Assembly: GCF_006345805.1 (NCBI RefSeq) | Contig: NW_021835659.1 | Location: 1 to 25,937 of the forward strand | Length of the DNA: 25,937 bases | From: Octopus sinensis | Lineage: Eukaryota | Reading direction: 5' to 3' | Shown here: positions 11,770 to 22,499 of the stretch, in pieces | Layout: every line of letters starts with the position of its first letter | Position numbering within the stretch: the stretch's first letter is position 1 | Position numbers and translations under genes: made by a program | The notes under the pieces: generated by a model | The model's database searches: none | Seen by the model: the letters and a program-made list of their open reading frames with translations, nothing else | What the model was told of the DNA's origin: nothing

Positions 11770-11781
11770 GTGCACAATGCA

Positions 11782-12158
11782 GGTGGAGGCGCAATGGCCC
11801 AGCAGTTAGGCCAGCGGACTCGTGGTCATAGGATCGCGGTTTCGATTCCCAGACCGGGCGTTGTGAGTGTTTATTGAGCGAAAACACCTAAAAGCTCCAC
11901 GAGGCTCCGGCAGGGGATGGTGGTGATCCCTGCTGTACTCTTTCACCACAACTTTCTCTCGCTCTTACTTCCTGTTTCTGTTGTACCTGTATTTCAAAGG
12001 GCCGGCCTTGTCACGTTGAATATCCCTTTGAACTACGTTAAGGGTACACGTGTCTGTGGAGTGCTCAGCCACTTACACGTTAATTTCACGAGCAGGCTGT
12101 TCCGTTGATTCGGATCAACCGGAACCCTCATCGTCGTAACCGACGGAGTGCTTCCTTT
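11782..12158 (+). mobile_element. tRNA-derived SINE family A, tail type 2, full length with TSD
   Basis: A box TGGCCCAGCAGTTAGG and B box GGTTTCGATTCCC. 12-bp TSD GTGCACAATGCA (11770-11781) / GTACACAATGCA (12159-12170), one mismatch. Confidence 0.9.
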
Positions 12159-12289
12159 GTACACAATGCACCAGTTTAGACAACTTCGGTTTCATGGGCT
12201 GAATGGGCCAATGTGCGGCACGAACTTTTGATCACTATAAACAAAACTGCACATTCATACCTTGTCGTCCTTATTAATTATTAAGGTGA

Positions 12290-12334
12290 AAGCAGCGAGC
12301 TGGCAGAAGCGTTAGCACGCCGGGCGAAATGCTT
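12290..12334 (+). mobile_element. SINE family B, head only (3'-truncated)
   Basis: gcagcgagctggcagaagcgttagcacgccgggcgaaatgctt; the match stops before the B box. Confidence 0.8.
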
Positions 12335-12858
12335 CTTTCTGAAGGGCCCGGTTTCTAAGCTCATCTGTAACGTCCACGTTTGCCAGAGATGCTGACCATG
12401 CAGTTTTCGTTCCCAGATGTTTCCTTCTCGCTCTCGTTTCTTCTTTTTTTCTTGTATTCCATTGCAGTCTCCGCTCTTGCGGCAGCTGAAATCAGTTATT
12501 CTGATATTATTCTCACACACTCTTCTATATCACATTTTGAAATCTCTACACAAATTTCTATTGATAACAGTCCTTCGCTCCCCAACTTCTGTGGTAGATA
12601 TAACATATCGATACTGTCTCTGGGATGTAGCGACCTGTAAGTGGACATTGCTTTTCTGGTTTTACAATCTATATCTTTTAGGTCTTCTTTTGCCTAGCTC
12701 AGGAAAGCAGCAGAATATTGTATTAGAGAGACACGCATAAGTATTTATTTCAAAGATGCTTCTCTCTCTATTTAGTTTTGAGCTTAGCTCTTTTTTACTC
12801 TTTTGAGATATTCATTTCTCATCTTCTCTTTCATTGCCTCCATTACACCCAGGTACTA
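12335..12858 (-). mobile_element. R4/Dong-type LINE fragment (end of RT and downstream region)
   Basis: Minus-strand frames YLGVMEA/MKEKMRNEYLKRVKK, INTYA, IQYSAAFLS.AKEDLKDIDCKTRKAM...SLHPRDSIDMLYLPQKLGSEGLLSIEICVE and WERKLHGQHLWQT match R4/Dong consensus motifs (YKYLG, AINTWA, LHPRADVDRLYLPRKEGGRGL, LHGQF). Confidence 0.85.
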
Positions 12859-12872
12859 GTGTAATGGAGGCA

Positions 12873-12955
<83 letters not shown>

Positions 12956-12964
12956 CATATATTA

Positions 12965-13006
<42 letters not shown>

Positions 13007-13020
13007 TATTATTATTATTA

Positions 13021-13199
13021 AGGCGGTGAGCTGGCAGAATCGTCCTTCTTTACGTTCTGAGTTTAAATTCCGCCAGGGTCGACTTTGCCTTTCATCCTTT
13101 CGGGGTCGACAAATTAAGTACCAGTGAAACACTGGGGGTCGATGTTATCGACTATTCTTCTTCACCCAAATTTCAGGCCTTGTGCCTATAGTTGAAAGC
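13021..13199 (+). mobile_element. SINE family B (internal deletion in head)
   Basis: aggcggtgagctggcagaatcg...gagtttaaattccgcc...tttcaggccttgtgcctatag followed by an (ATT) tail; preceded by (ATT)n at 12873-13020. Confidence 0.88.
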
Positions 13200-13222
13200 A
13201 TTATTATTATCATTATCAGTAC

Positions 13223-13401
13223 GGCGGTGAGCTGGCATAATCGCTAGATCGCAAGGCGAAATGCTTAGCTGTACTTCGTCTGACGCTTTGCCTTTCATCC
13301 TTTCGGGATCAATAAATTAAGGACCGGTCAAGTACTGGGATCGATGTGATCGACTTACCTCATCCTCCAAAATTTCAGGCCTTGTGCCTATAGAAGAAAG
13401 G
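13223..13401 (+). mobile_element. SINE family B (B-box region deleted)
   Basis: Head-to-tail after the previous copy; same head and 3' end. Confidence 0.85.
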
Positions 13402-13526
13402 TTCCCTCTTTCTTACATATTTTTTCTATCATTTCATTATTATATGTAAACCCCCCAGACTTTGTCTGTCTTTGTATTGTCCCCCTCATCCTTCGACATT
13501 GTGGCAAATAAATGAAATCATCGTTA

Positions 13527-13527
13527 T

Positions 13528-13574
<47 letters not shown>

Positions 13575-13611
13575 ACTACTACTATTACTACTGCTGCTGC
13601 TGCTGCTACTG

Positions 13612-13645
<34 letters not shown>

Positions 13646-13731
13646 GCTACTGCTGCTGCTGCTGCTGTTGCTGCTGCTATTATTATCAAGATCATCATCA
13701 TCATCATTGTTGTTGTTGTTGTTGTTGTTGT
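13527..13731. repeat. Compound triplet microsatellite (ACT/GCT/ATC/GTT)
   Basis: Direct observation. Confidence 0.95.
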
Positions 13732-14067
13732 TACCTCCGCCTCTGCGAAGGTGGAGGTATTGATTTCAGTCATGTTTGTTTGTTTGTCCATGGACGAGAC
13801 ATCTCAAGAACAGGGACGTTTGGCCTCGTGACTGGCACGAACTGATTAGATTTCGGGATCGACCCGGTACCGGACAAGGATTCTGGATTAATTTTCCTGT
13901 TTTTTTTTTTTGATTTTTATTACTTGATTTTTGAGAGTGGTCGGGTTCATTTTTTTAGTATTCTCGTTTGTGAGAGCAGTCGAGTTTATTTCAAATATTC
14001 TCATTTTAAAAAATCATCTCTGGCTAATCGATGAGTGGACGCTGGTGTTGTCTTGGCGGAGGTTTGC
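13732..14067 (+). mobile_element. Probable Helentron-type non-autonomous element (HINE/DINE-1-like)
   Basis: 5' hairpin TACCTCCGCC..GGTGGAGGTA (13732-13759), (GTTT)3 at 13774-13785, and subterminal inverted copy GGCGGAGGT at 14055-14063. The expected 3' stem-loop appears lost. Confidence 0.55.
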
Positions 14068-14088
14068 CTTTGTTACTATTGCAATAAA

Positions 14089-14290
14089 GGCAGCGAACTG
14101 GCAGAATCGTTAGCACGCCGGGCAAAATGCTTCATCCGTCTTTACGTTCTGGGTTCAAATTCCGCCAAGGTCGACTTCGCTTTTTATCCTTTTGTGGACG
14201 ATAAGTTATCTACTAGTGAAACACTGGGGTCGATGTTATCGACTTATCCCTTCCCGCTAAATTTCGGGCATTGTGCCTTTAGTAGAAAGG
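14089..14290 (+). mobile_element. SINE family B
   Basis: A box ctggcagaatcgttag, B box ggttcaaattcc, family 3' end and ATT tail. Confidence 0.88.
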
Positions 14291-14390
14291 ATTATTATTA
14301 TTGCTGTTATGTTGTTTTATTGATATTGTTATGATTGTCATTATTCTCATCATTCTTGCTGTTAGTTCGTTGCTGTCTTTATTGTTGTTA

Positions 14391-14510
14391 CTCTTCTTCT
14401 TCTTCTTCTTCTTCTTCTTCTTCTTCTTCTTCTTCTTCTTCTTCTTCTTCTTCTTCTTCTTCTTCTTCTTCTTCTTCTTCTTCTTCTTCTTCTTCTTCTT
14501 CTTCTTCTTC
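14391..14510. repeat. (CTT)n microsatellite (probable (GAA)n tail of the minus-strand SINE)
   Basis: Direct observation. Confidence 0.95.
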
Positions 14511-14960
14511 CAATCAGGACTCACGCCATTAGCCACAGAGAATAATCCCTAATTCGAGCCTACTCTAAGCTACTAAGAATGCGTGTGGTAATTTGAAAAT
14601 CCACCCACCACACGCGATAGACTGGCGGTTGCACGAGCGCGAAAGCTACGTTGTTATCCTCATTCCGTAAACGGTGGCTTTGAGCGGGTGGAGAGCTGAA
14701 CCATCCTGGGGTACAGAGGATCTGAAAGTTTACCACACCATAGTGGGTTCCTACTTCTGCTTTGTGGCAGAAGTAGGAAGAAAGAGTATGAGGAAGTTGT
14801 GGTGAAAGAGTACAGCGGGGCTCACCCCAGCTCCACCGGAGATCAAGGAGCTTAGGTGCTTTTGCTCAATAAACACTCACAATGCCCGGTCTGGGAATCG
14901 AAACCGCGTTCTTACGACCGCGAGTCCGCTGCCCTAACCACTGGGCCATTACGCCTCCAC
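14511..14960 (-). mobile_element. tRNA-derived SINE family A head with tail type 3
   Basis: 14780-14960 matches the family A head. 14511-14780 is unrelated to the tails at 2120 and 11960; its membership in the element is inferred from the adjoining (GAA)n. Confidence 0.7.
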
Positions 14961-16043
14961 TTTTGTTGTTGTTGCTCTTGGTGGTGCCGTTGGTGTTGGT
15001 TGTGGTAGTGCTTCTTTCGTTCGAGGTGTTGAAAGTGTTTCTGTAGATATTGCTGTTGTTGGTGTTGTTTCTGGTGGTGCTGCTCTTGGTGTTGTTACTG
15101 CTGTTGTTGTTGTTGGTGGTGGTGGTGGTAGTGGCGATGGTGGTTGTGATGCTGATGTTACTGTAGGTGTTATTGTTGCTGCTGCTGCTGGTGTTGTTAT
15201 GGGGAGGGGTGCTGATATTATTGTTTTTATCGTTGTTGTTGGTCTTGTTGTTTGTGGTGACGGTACAAAAGTTGTTGGTATTGCTGTTGTTGTTGGAGAT
15301 GGTAGTGGTGGTGCCGCCATTGTTACTGTTGTGGTTGGTGGTGCAGCTGTTGTTGCTGTTCTTGGTGCTGGTAGCTGTAGTAGTAGTGGTACTATTGTTG
15401 TTGATATTCTTATTGTTGTTGTTGTTCTTGGTGGTAGTTTTGATAGTAGTGGTGATGGTAGAGTTACTATTATTGTTGATATTGTTGTTGTTGCTGTTGT
15501 TGTTCTTGACCTTGGAAGTGGTGGTGGTTTTGGTACCATTGTTGTTGATGATGTTGTTCTTGGAGGTGGTGGTTGTGGTGGTGATAGTGGTACTGTTTTT
15601 ATTGTTCTTAGTGGTGTTGGTGGTGGTGGTAGTCGTACTATTGTTGTTGGTATTGTTGTTGCTGTTGCTATTCTTGATGGTAATGGTGGTGGTGGTTGTA
15701 TTGGTAGTGGCACAATTGTCCTTGGCAATGTGGTTGCTGTTGTTGTTCGTGGTGGTGGTATTGGTTGTGGTAATGGTAGCGGTAGTGGTGGTGGTGGTGG
15801 TGGTGGTGTGGTGGTGGTGGTGATGGTGGTGGTAGTGGTGGTGGTGGTGGTGGTGGTGGTTAGGTGGTAGTGGGGATGGTGTTGGTAGTGGCAATCCTGC
15901 TGCTGTTTATGGTATTGTCGTTGTCGTTGTTGTTGCTGTTGTTGTTGTTCTTGGTGGTGGTGGTGGTGGTGGTGGTGGTGGTGGTGGTGGTGGTGGTAGT
16001 GGTGGTAGTGGTGGTGGAGCTATCGTTATGAACGTTGTTGCGG

Positions 16044-16080
<37 letters not shown>
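14961..16080. repeat. Degenerate GTT/GGT/GCT triplet mosaic
   Basis: Direct observation; explains the Thr/Asn-, Pro- and Val-rich ORFs. Confidence 0.9.
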
Positions 16081-16081
<1 letters not shown>

Positions 16082-16289
16082 AGTGATGTGTCTAATCATT
16101 GCCTTCTGGTTCTTTCTACCAAGATTTTGTCACGCTGACTGCTCAAAAGACATTTTCAGACTCAGTGATGATATGTTTCAATGGTTCTGTATAAACTATC
16201 ATGGCCTCTTGACATCCACCCAAAACAGACCCACCCACGCCACCCAGTATGTGTCTGCAAGCTAAATGATACCTCCAGGCTCACCACCG

Positions 16290-17800
16290 CCACTAACATC
16301 ATCACCACCATCACCATCATCACCATCATCACCATCATCACCATCATCACTATCATCACCATCATCACCACCATCGCCATCATCACCATCATCACCACCA
16401 TCACCACCATCGCCACCAACACCATCATCACCACCATCACCATCATCGCCATCATCACCACCATCACCATCATCACCACCATCATCATCGTCATCATCAT
16501 CACTATCATATAAAACAACCGCATCCGACACATGCGCATGTCTTTGTGATCTCACTCATACAACACACATCACCGCCACCACCACCACCGCCGCCACCAC
16601 CACCACTACCACCACCACCGCCACCACCACCGCCACCACCACCACCGCCACCACAACCACCGCCGCCGCCACCACGCAAGCATCACCACAAATACCACCG
16701 CTACCGCCGCCGACGCCATTAACACGACCACCATCACCACCACTACCACCAAAACCACTACCGCAACCACCACCACATACACTCACACCAATACCAATAC
16801 ATACATATACCCTCACTCCCACCATTACACATATATGTACTTACGCAACTTCTCCCCTTCCACACATACACACACCATTACCGTTACATATACGGCATCA
16901 CATCGTTAACAAAATATATACACCCTGTCACCGTCCCCATCACCACTATCTCATACCTCGTTTTAGATACATTTCACCAATATCAATCATATGCAAGCAA
17001 ACAACACCACGCATCCATACCACCATTATCACCACCATATACGTACGTACATACATACTACATACATACATACATACATACATACATACATACATACATA
17101 ATACATACATACATACATACATACATACATACATACATACTTATGCAACGTATACAAACGTACACAGACAATCGAACACTCAAAAATATACATATGCATA
17201 TTATAGAGATAACCGCATACAGGAATACACACTCACACAGACACACGCGTGTGTGTGTATGTTTGTATGTGTGTGTGTATGTGTGTGTGTGTGGTTGTAT
17301 ATATTTATATCTATACAGAGCCACTTGGAACCAATCTTAACATTACACATATATAAATTCAAACTCGTACTAAACATTGATACATACACACGCACATACA
17401 CATATACGCACAAACACACACACACCCATATATACACGCATACACACACATACACACATATACATACACACGTATTCAAACACAAATACACATACACACA
17501 TACCTACACACAGGCGAAACACCCCCCACAACTCAATATCAGCTCACAACACACAGTCACTCATACACACACACACACACACACACACTCACACACACAC
17601 TCACACACAAGCCTACTTATGCATAGATATCCATATACACAAACATACAATCATATACACACAACATATAGATAGATAGAAACTAATCGTGACATCACGC
17701 ACCTACACAGATTCGCAGACCCACACGTAAAGTGAGATACACACACACAAACACGCACAGTCCCAGACTTCACATACACACACTCACATAACGTTCATGT
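16290..17800. repeat. Low-complexity block: CAC/CAT triplets, (TACA)n, CA/TG dinucleotides
   Basis: Direct observation; explains the 469-aa ORF 16266-17675. Confidence 0.9.
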
Positions 17801-18142
17801 TATGATTCTCTATTTATTGCAATGTTCATAAGTTCTAAGTCCAAAGGTCCTTAGGTGTAAGGTGTTAGTTTCAGGAGCATGATGCACGAGGAAGCCGGGT
17901 TAGATGTAAGGTGTTAGTTAAATAAGTGATGTTAGGTCCTTCCAAGTGCATAACCAACGATACAATTAGTCAAGAAGAGTTCATTGAAGATCAAATGATA
18001 TCCAATATCATAAAATATACGTGACGTTACCCCCTGTATAAATCGCAACTTTTTGGCTAGTATACGGTTTATTCATTTAATAGTTAGAGAATCATTATTA
18101 TTATTATTATTATATTATTATTATTATTATTATTATTATTAA

Positions 18143-18331
18143 GGCGGTGAGGTGGCAGAATCGTTAGCACGTTGGATGAATTGCTTAGCATTACTTCATG
18201 CGTAGCTGCGTTCTGTGTTCAAATTCAGCATCCTTTCGGGGTCGATAAAATAAGTACCTGCTGAACACTGGGGCCGATGTAATTGACTCATGCCCTCCCC
18301 CAAAACTGCTACGCTCGTGGCAAAATTTGAA
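18143..18331 (+). mobile_element. SINE family B (older, internally deleted)
   Basis: Family head, gttcaaattc B box, 3' module; flanked by ATT tracts. Confidence 0.85.
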
Positions 18332-18366
18332 CCTATTGTTATTATTATTATTATTGCTATTATTAA

Positions 18367-18762
18367 GGCGGCGAGTTGGCAGAGTCGTTAGCACGCCGGG
18401 CGAAATGCGTAGCCGTATTTCGTCTGCCGTTACGTTCTGAGTTCAAATTCCGCCGAGGTCGACTTTGCCTTTCATCCTTTCGGGGTCGATAAATTAAGTA
18501 CCAGTTACGCACTGGTATCGATATTATCGACTTAATCCATTTGTCTGTTCTTGTTTGTCCTCTCTGTGTTTAGCCCCTTGTGGGTAGTAAAGAAATAGGT
18601 ATTTCTCCTTTCTTTGTGTTCTGAGTTCAAATTCCGACGAGGTCGATTTTGCTTTTCATCATTTAGGGGTCGAGAAACTAAGTACGAATAAAATACTGGG
18701 TTGAAGTAATTGACTAGTCCCCCTCCTCCGAAATTTCAGACCTTGGGCCTTTAGTAGAAAGG
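18367..18762 (+). mobile_element. SINE family B dimer
   Basis: Full unit ending ...GTAGTAAAGAAATAG|GTATTTC near 18597-18605, then a headless second unit with another gttctgagttcaaattccg. Confidence 0.88.
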
Positions 18763-18784
18763 TTTATTAATATTATTATTATTA

Positions 18785-18999
18785 TTCAGTAGTTTTATTT
18801 TTATAGCGTGCTTTCACTTCACTACCGAGCGCAGCTCTGTGTGCCTTAGGTATGTGCTGTGATTTGTTGTGATGCTCTGATGGTTATTGTATGGAAAGTG
18901 TTCTGCGTAGGATGGGTGCAGTGCCTAGTAGTGCTGCGTAGGATATGTGCAGTGCCTAGTAGTGCTGTGTGCAGTGCCTAGTAGTGCTGTGTGGAGTGC
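18785..18999 (-). mobile_element. R4/Dong-type LINE extreme 3' end with (AAT)n tail and stuttered 5' junction
   Basis: Minus strand encodes ALLGTAPILRRTLSIQ*, followed by a 3' UTR and AAT repeats. The 19-nt GCACTACTAGGCACTGCAC unit is repeated three times plus a partial copy. Confidence 0.75.
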
Positions 19000-19266
19000 C
19001 TATTCAAGAACCCTCCGGAGAACTCTTGCAGTTCGAAGCAATGAAATTTTTAATAGGTGTTCTATCTTTACATTTGTACCAATCTTTTTCAGCTATGTTG
19101 GTAGTTGGGTACCGATACTTCAAGAGCACCAATTACAACTGGCATCACGTCAGCTCTCTTCATTTCTTCATTGACCACAACCTGCACATTTCTTACTTCA
19201 AATCGTCATAGGTGTTCACCTTTTCTTCACTCTCTTTCATCCTGTTGTCACAGGGACATGCTATCC
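19000..19266 (-). mobile_element. R4/Dong-type LINE restriction-like endonuclease (RLE) C-terminal fragment
   Basis: IACPCDNRMKESEEKVNTYDDLK*EMCRLWSMKK / VMPVVIGAL / LKKIGTNVKIEHLLKISLLRTARVLRRVLE* fits the RLE end (D.A.P.D...EK..KY.DL, PVVIGALG, LL.TARILRRVL). Confidence 0.85.
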
Positions 19267-19301
19267 CCCTCCTCCACCTCCTCCTCCTCCTTCTTCTTCT
19301 T

Positions 19302-19387
<86 letters not shown>

Positions 19388-19409
19388 CATTATTATTATT
19401 ATTATTATT

Positions 19410-19920
19410 GAGTGAGAGAGCAGTTCATGCCATCAAAGTGACACTGGGGTAAAATATACGAAGCGCAATATACCCATCATGACTACCCGTCTGGTATGGG
19501 TACACTACGAACATGCATCACAACCATATGTGCGCGACATGGTGATCTCATATCAAGATAAACAGCGCATGACCTTGCAGGTGGGGGCCCAGTTAGAATT
19601 TTCTTCAGGTCGAGTAGCCCATCCCGCTCAAAATGTCCCTGAATAAGGGTTGTTTAAGGATGTTGAAAGAACCACCCATGTTTCTAGAGGTGAATTATTC
19701 AAACCCCAAAGAATCCCTCTCAACACATGGCTATGATGCTCCCCCACTACTTCTGCTCGTGATCAGAGATGCACATATCGTCAGCCACTAAGGGACATGC
19801 TCAACTGGTTAAGGTCAAACAACTGACAAGCAAATCTGTGGTATTGAGCAGAATATTTGCTGTAGCCCATCTTTTATACCAAGACAAAACAATGTACATG
19901 ATGACACTTCCAATCAGTTA
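19410..19920 (-). mobile_element. Unclassified 510-bp interspersed element with (AAT)n tail
   Basis: Unique sequence bounded on both sides by ATT tracts; no ORF or tRNA head. I recall it as a common octopus repeat, but it is single copy here. Strand inferred from the tail. Confidence 0.5.
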
Positions 19921-19948
19921 ATTATTATTATATTATTATTATTATTGA

Positions 19949-20136
19949 GGCGGCGAACTGGATGACTCGTTATAGTACGCCGGGCAAAATGCCTAGCGAC
20001 ATTTTGTCGATCATTACGTTCTGAGTTCAAATTCCACCTAGGTCGACTTTAGCCTCTCATCCTTTCGGGGTCGATGAAAAGAGTACGAATCAAGCATCGG
20101 GGTTGATGTAATTTCAGGCCTATGCCTATATAGAGG
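19949..20136 (+). mobile_element. SINE family B
   Basis: Head, gagttcaaattcc B box, shortened 3' end, ATT tail. Confidence 0.85.
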
Positions 20137-20167
20137 ATTATTATTATATCATTTATTATTATTATTA

Positions 20168-20212
<45 letters not shown>

Positions 20213-20285
20213 TATTATTATTATTATTATTATCATTATTATTAATTATCATTATTATCATATCATCTTTATTTTTATTATTATT

Positions 20286-20515
20286 GTATTTTGGTTCAAG
20301 TTTGATCTTTTTCTTGGTAGGATTCGTGTGAGAAGCGGGTTACTCTCTGTAGCCTTAGGTATCCTCAAGTTTTCAGCAGTCACTCAAGTGCCTAGAACCC
20401 TCCTGCTAATCCTTGTTGTCCTTAAGAGACAAACTTACTGTAAGAGCTCTACCAGGCATTCTATTTCAATCTCCTTCAGTTATTTGTTTTCAAATTTTAA
20501 GGGATTGTATTTTCT
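20286..20515 (-). mobile_element. R4/Dong-type LINE 3' end
   Basis: LKEIEIECLVELLQ*VCLLRTTRISRRVLGT* then a short UTR into (AAT)n; both flanks are ATT tracts. Confidence 0.75.
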
Positions 20516-20546
20516 TTGTTTTCTCCCTTTATTATTATTATTATTA

Positions 20547-20578
<32 letters not shown>

Positions 20579-20666
20579 TATTATATCATCATCTTATTAT
20601 TATTATTATTATTCTCATCATTATTATCATATTATTATATTATTATTATTATTATTATTATTATTT

Positions 20667-20730
<64 letters not shown>

Positions 20731-20732
<2 letters not shown>

Positions 20733-20929
20733 GTTTGGCTTTTTGCTTTATATAGTACAAGTGGCTCAAGTCTCACCCAGAGACCTCAAGAGACAAAGGT
20801 TGGAAGTTCATGATGTTGTTTATGCCTAGTGTGCCATTTTGTGAGTTTCCTGGTATCTGAGTTAGGTAGCGATCAGCCCCTTTCGCTATCATTCCCAGGG
20901 CACTTATGACAACAGTATTGTTTAGTTTT
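20731..20929 (-). mobile_element. R4/Dong-type LINE 3' end (another family)
   Basis: TVVISALGMIAKGADRYLTQIPGN resembles PVVIGALGMI.KG...YL.QIPG; UTR then (AAT)n; both flanks are ATT tracts. Confidence 0.75.
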
Positions 20930-20941
20930 ATTATTATTATC

Positions 20942-21003
<62 letters not shown>

Positions 21004-21087
21004 CTTCGTCATCATTATTATTTGGAGACACGACGTGGAAACAAAACTACATTCAGGTCTTTGACGTATTGGGATGAGTGCGTGCTA

Positions 21088-21180
21088 CGCGATAAATTAA
21101 GTAGCCGTCAAGCACTGGGTTCGATTTAATTTGACTAATCGCCTTCTCTCAAAATTTGAGGCCTTGTGCTTATAGTAGAG
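21088..21180 (+). mobile_element. SINE family B, 3' fragment
   Basis: gataaattaagta...gcactgggttcgat...aaaatttgaggccttgtgcttatagtag. Confidence 0.75.
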
Positions 21181-21708
21181 CAGATTGTTATTAGTTTTGT
21201 GGATGGGGAGTTTGTCTTCTTGTAGTAGAGTTTGATGTTATTTCAACTCGCCTCGACATTATTCGGTACCCGACTGGAAGAGCATGAGGAGAAGGAGAAA
21301 GGAAGGAAGAAAGAAAGAAAGAAGAAGAAGAAGAAGGAGGAGGAAGAAGAAGAAGAAGAAGAAGAAGAAGAAGAAGAAGAAGAAAAAAGGAGGAGGAGGA
21401 GGAGGAGAAGAAGCAACATGCTGACAAAGCATCCTTTCCGAGCAAAGGTTATGAAAACAACGTCTGGTGTTATGCACCCGTACATTGCATTGCCCACCCA
21501 GATGGAACAAATATTTGTAAGCCTAGTGAGATGTTAGTGAAAATAGTAGTGAATTACATAAATACGTATGAATATATGCGTGTGTTGAGCATTTATAAGG
21601 AAATATATAGATATCAATATGCATATATAGATATATATATTATTTATAATATATATATATATATATTATATTATATATATATATATATATATATATGTTA
21701 TAATATAA

Positions 21709-22076
<368 letters not shown>

Positions 22077-22499
22077 TATGTGTGTGTGTGTGTTGTGTGT
22101 GTATTATTTAGTTATTTATTTATAATGTAGTAGGATCAGTGAAAAGATCATGGAAAACGTAAGTTGGATAGTCTCTATCATAAACATAGCTTGCACAGAA
22201 TATACGGATCATTCAATAAATTATCGATAAAATTTATTAATCAATGCATCAGTTACTGTTCGTCCTCCATAACGCAATTAGAAAGAAAATATCTCTAAGA
22301 TGACAGCTGCTATACAACCTAAGTTCAAAACTAACGAACAATGCATACAATGTAATTATCATATCTATAATTAAAAGAGATAGACGAGGTAGTTGAATAA
22401 TACAGCTGTTTCCAAAACACATAGAGTGAATTTTACGTAGCTGTCCAGTGTAGTTTTCTTTTTTATCGGGTACTGCCGTAATGGAGAATGCAAAAGAAA

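Noticed and set aside
16085-16290. Unique island between microsatellites with short open frames
   Set aside because: No recognisable homology and weak splice signals; cannot be called an exon without RNA data.
17851-17919. 20-bp direct repeat flanking 29 bp
   Set aside because: Only two units and no element hallmarks; likely a local duplication.
18916-19002. 19-nt repeats with short spacers, superficially CRISPR-like
   Set aside because: Eukaryotic context, spacers of 3-12 nt, and the unit is LINE coding sequence.
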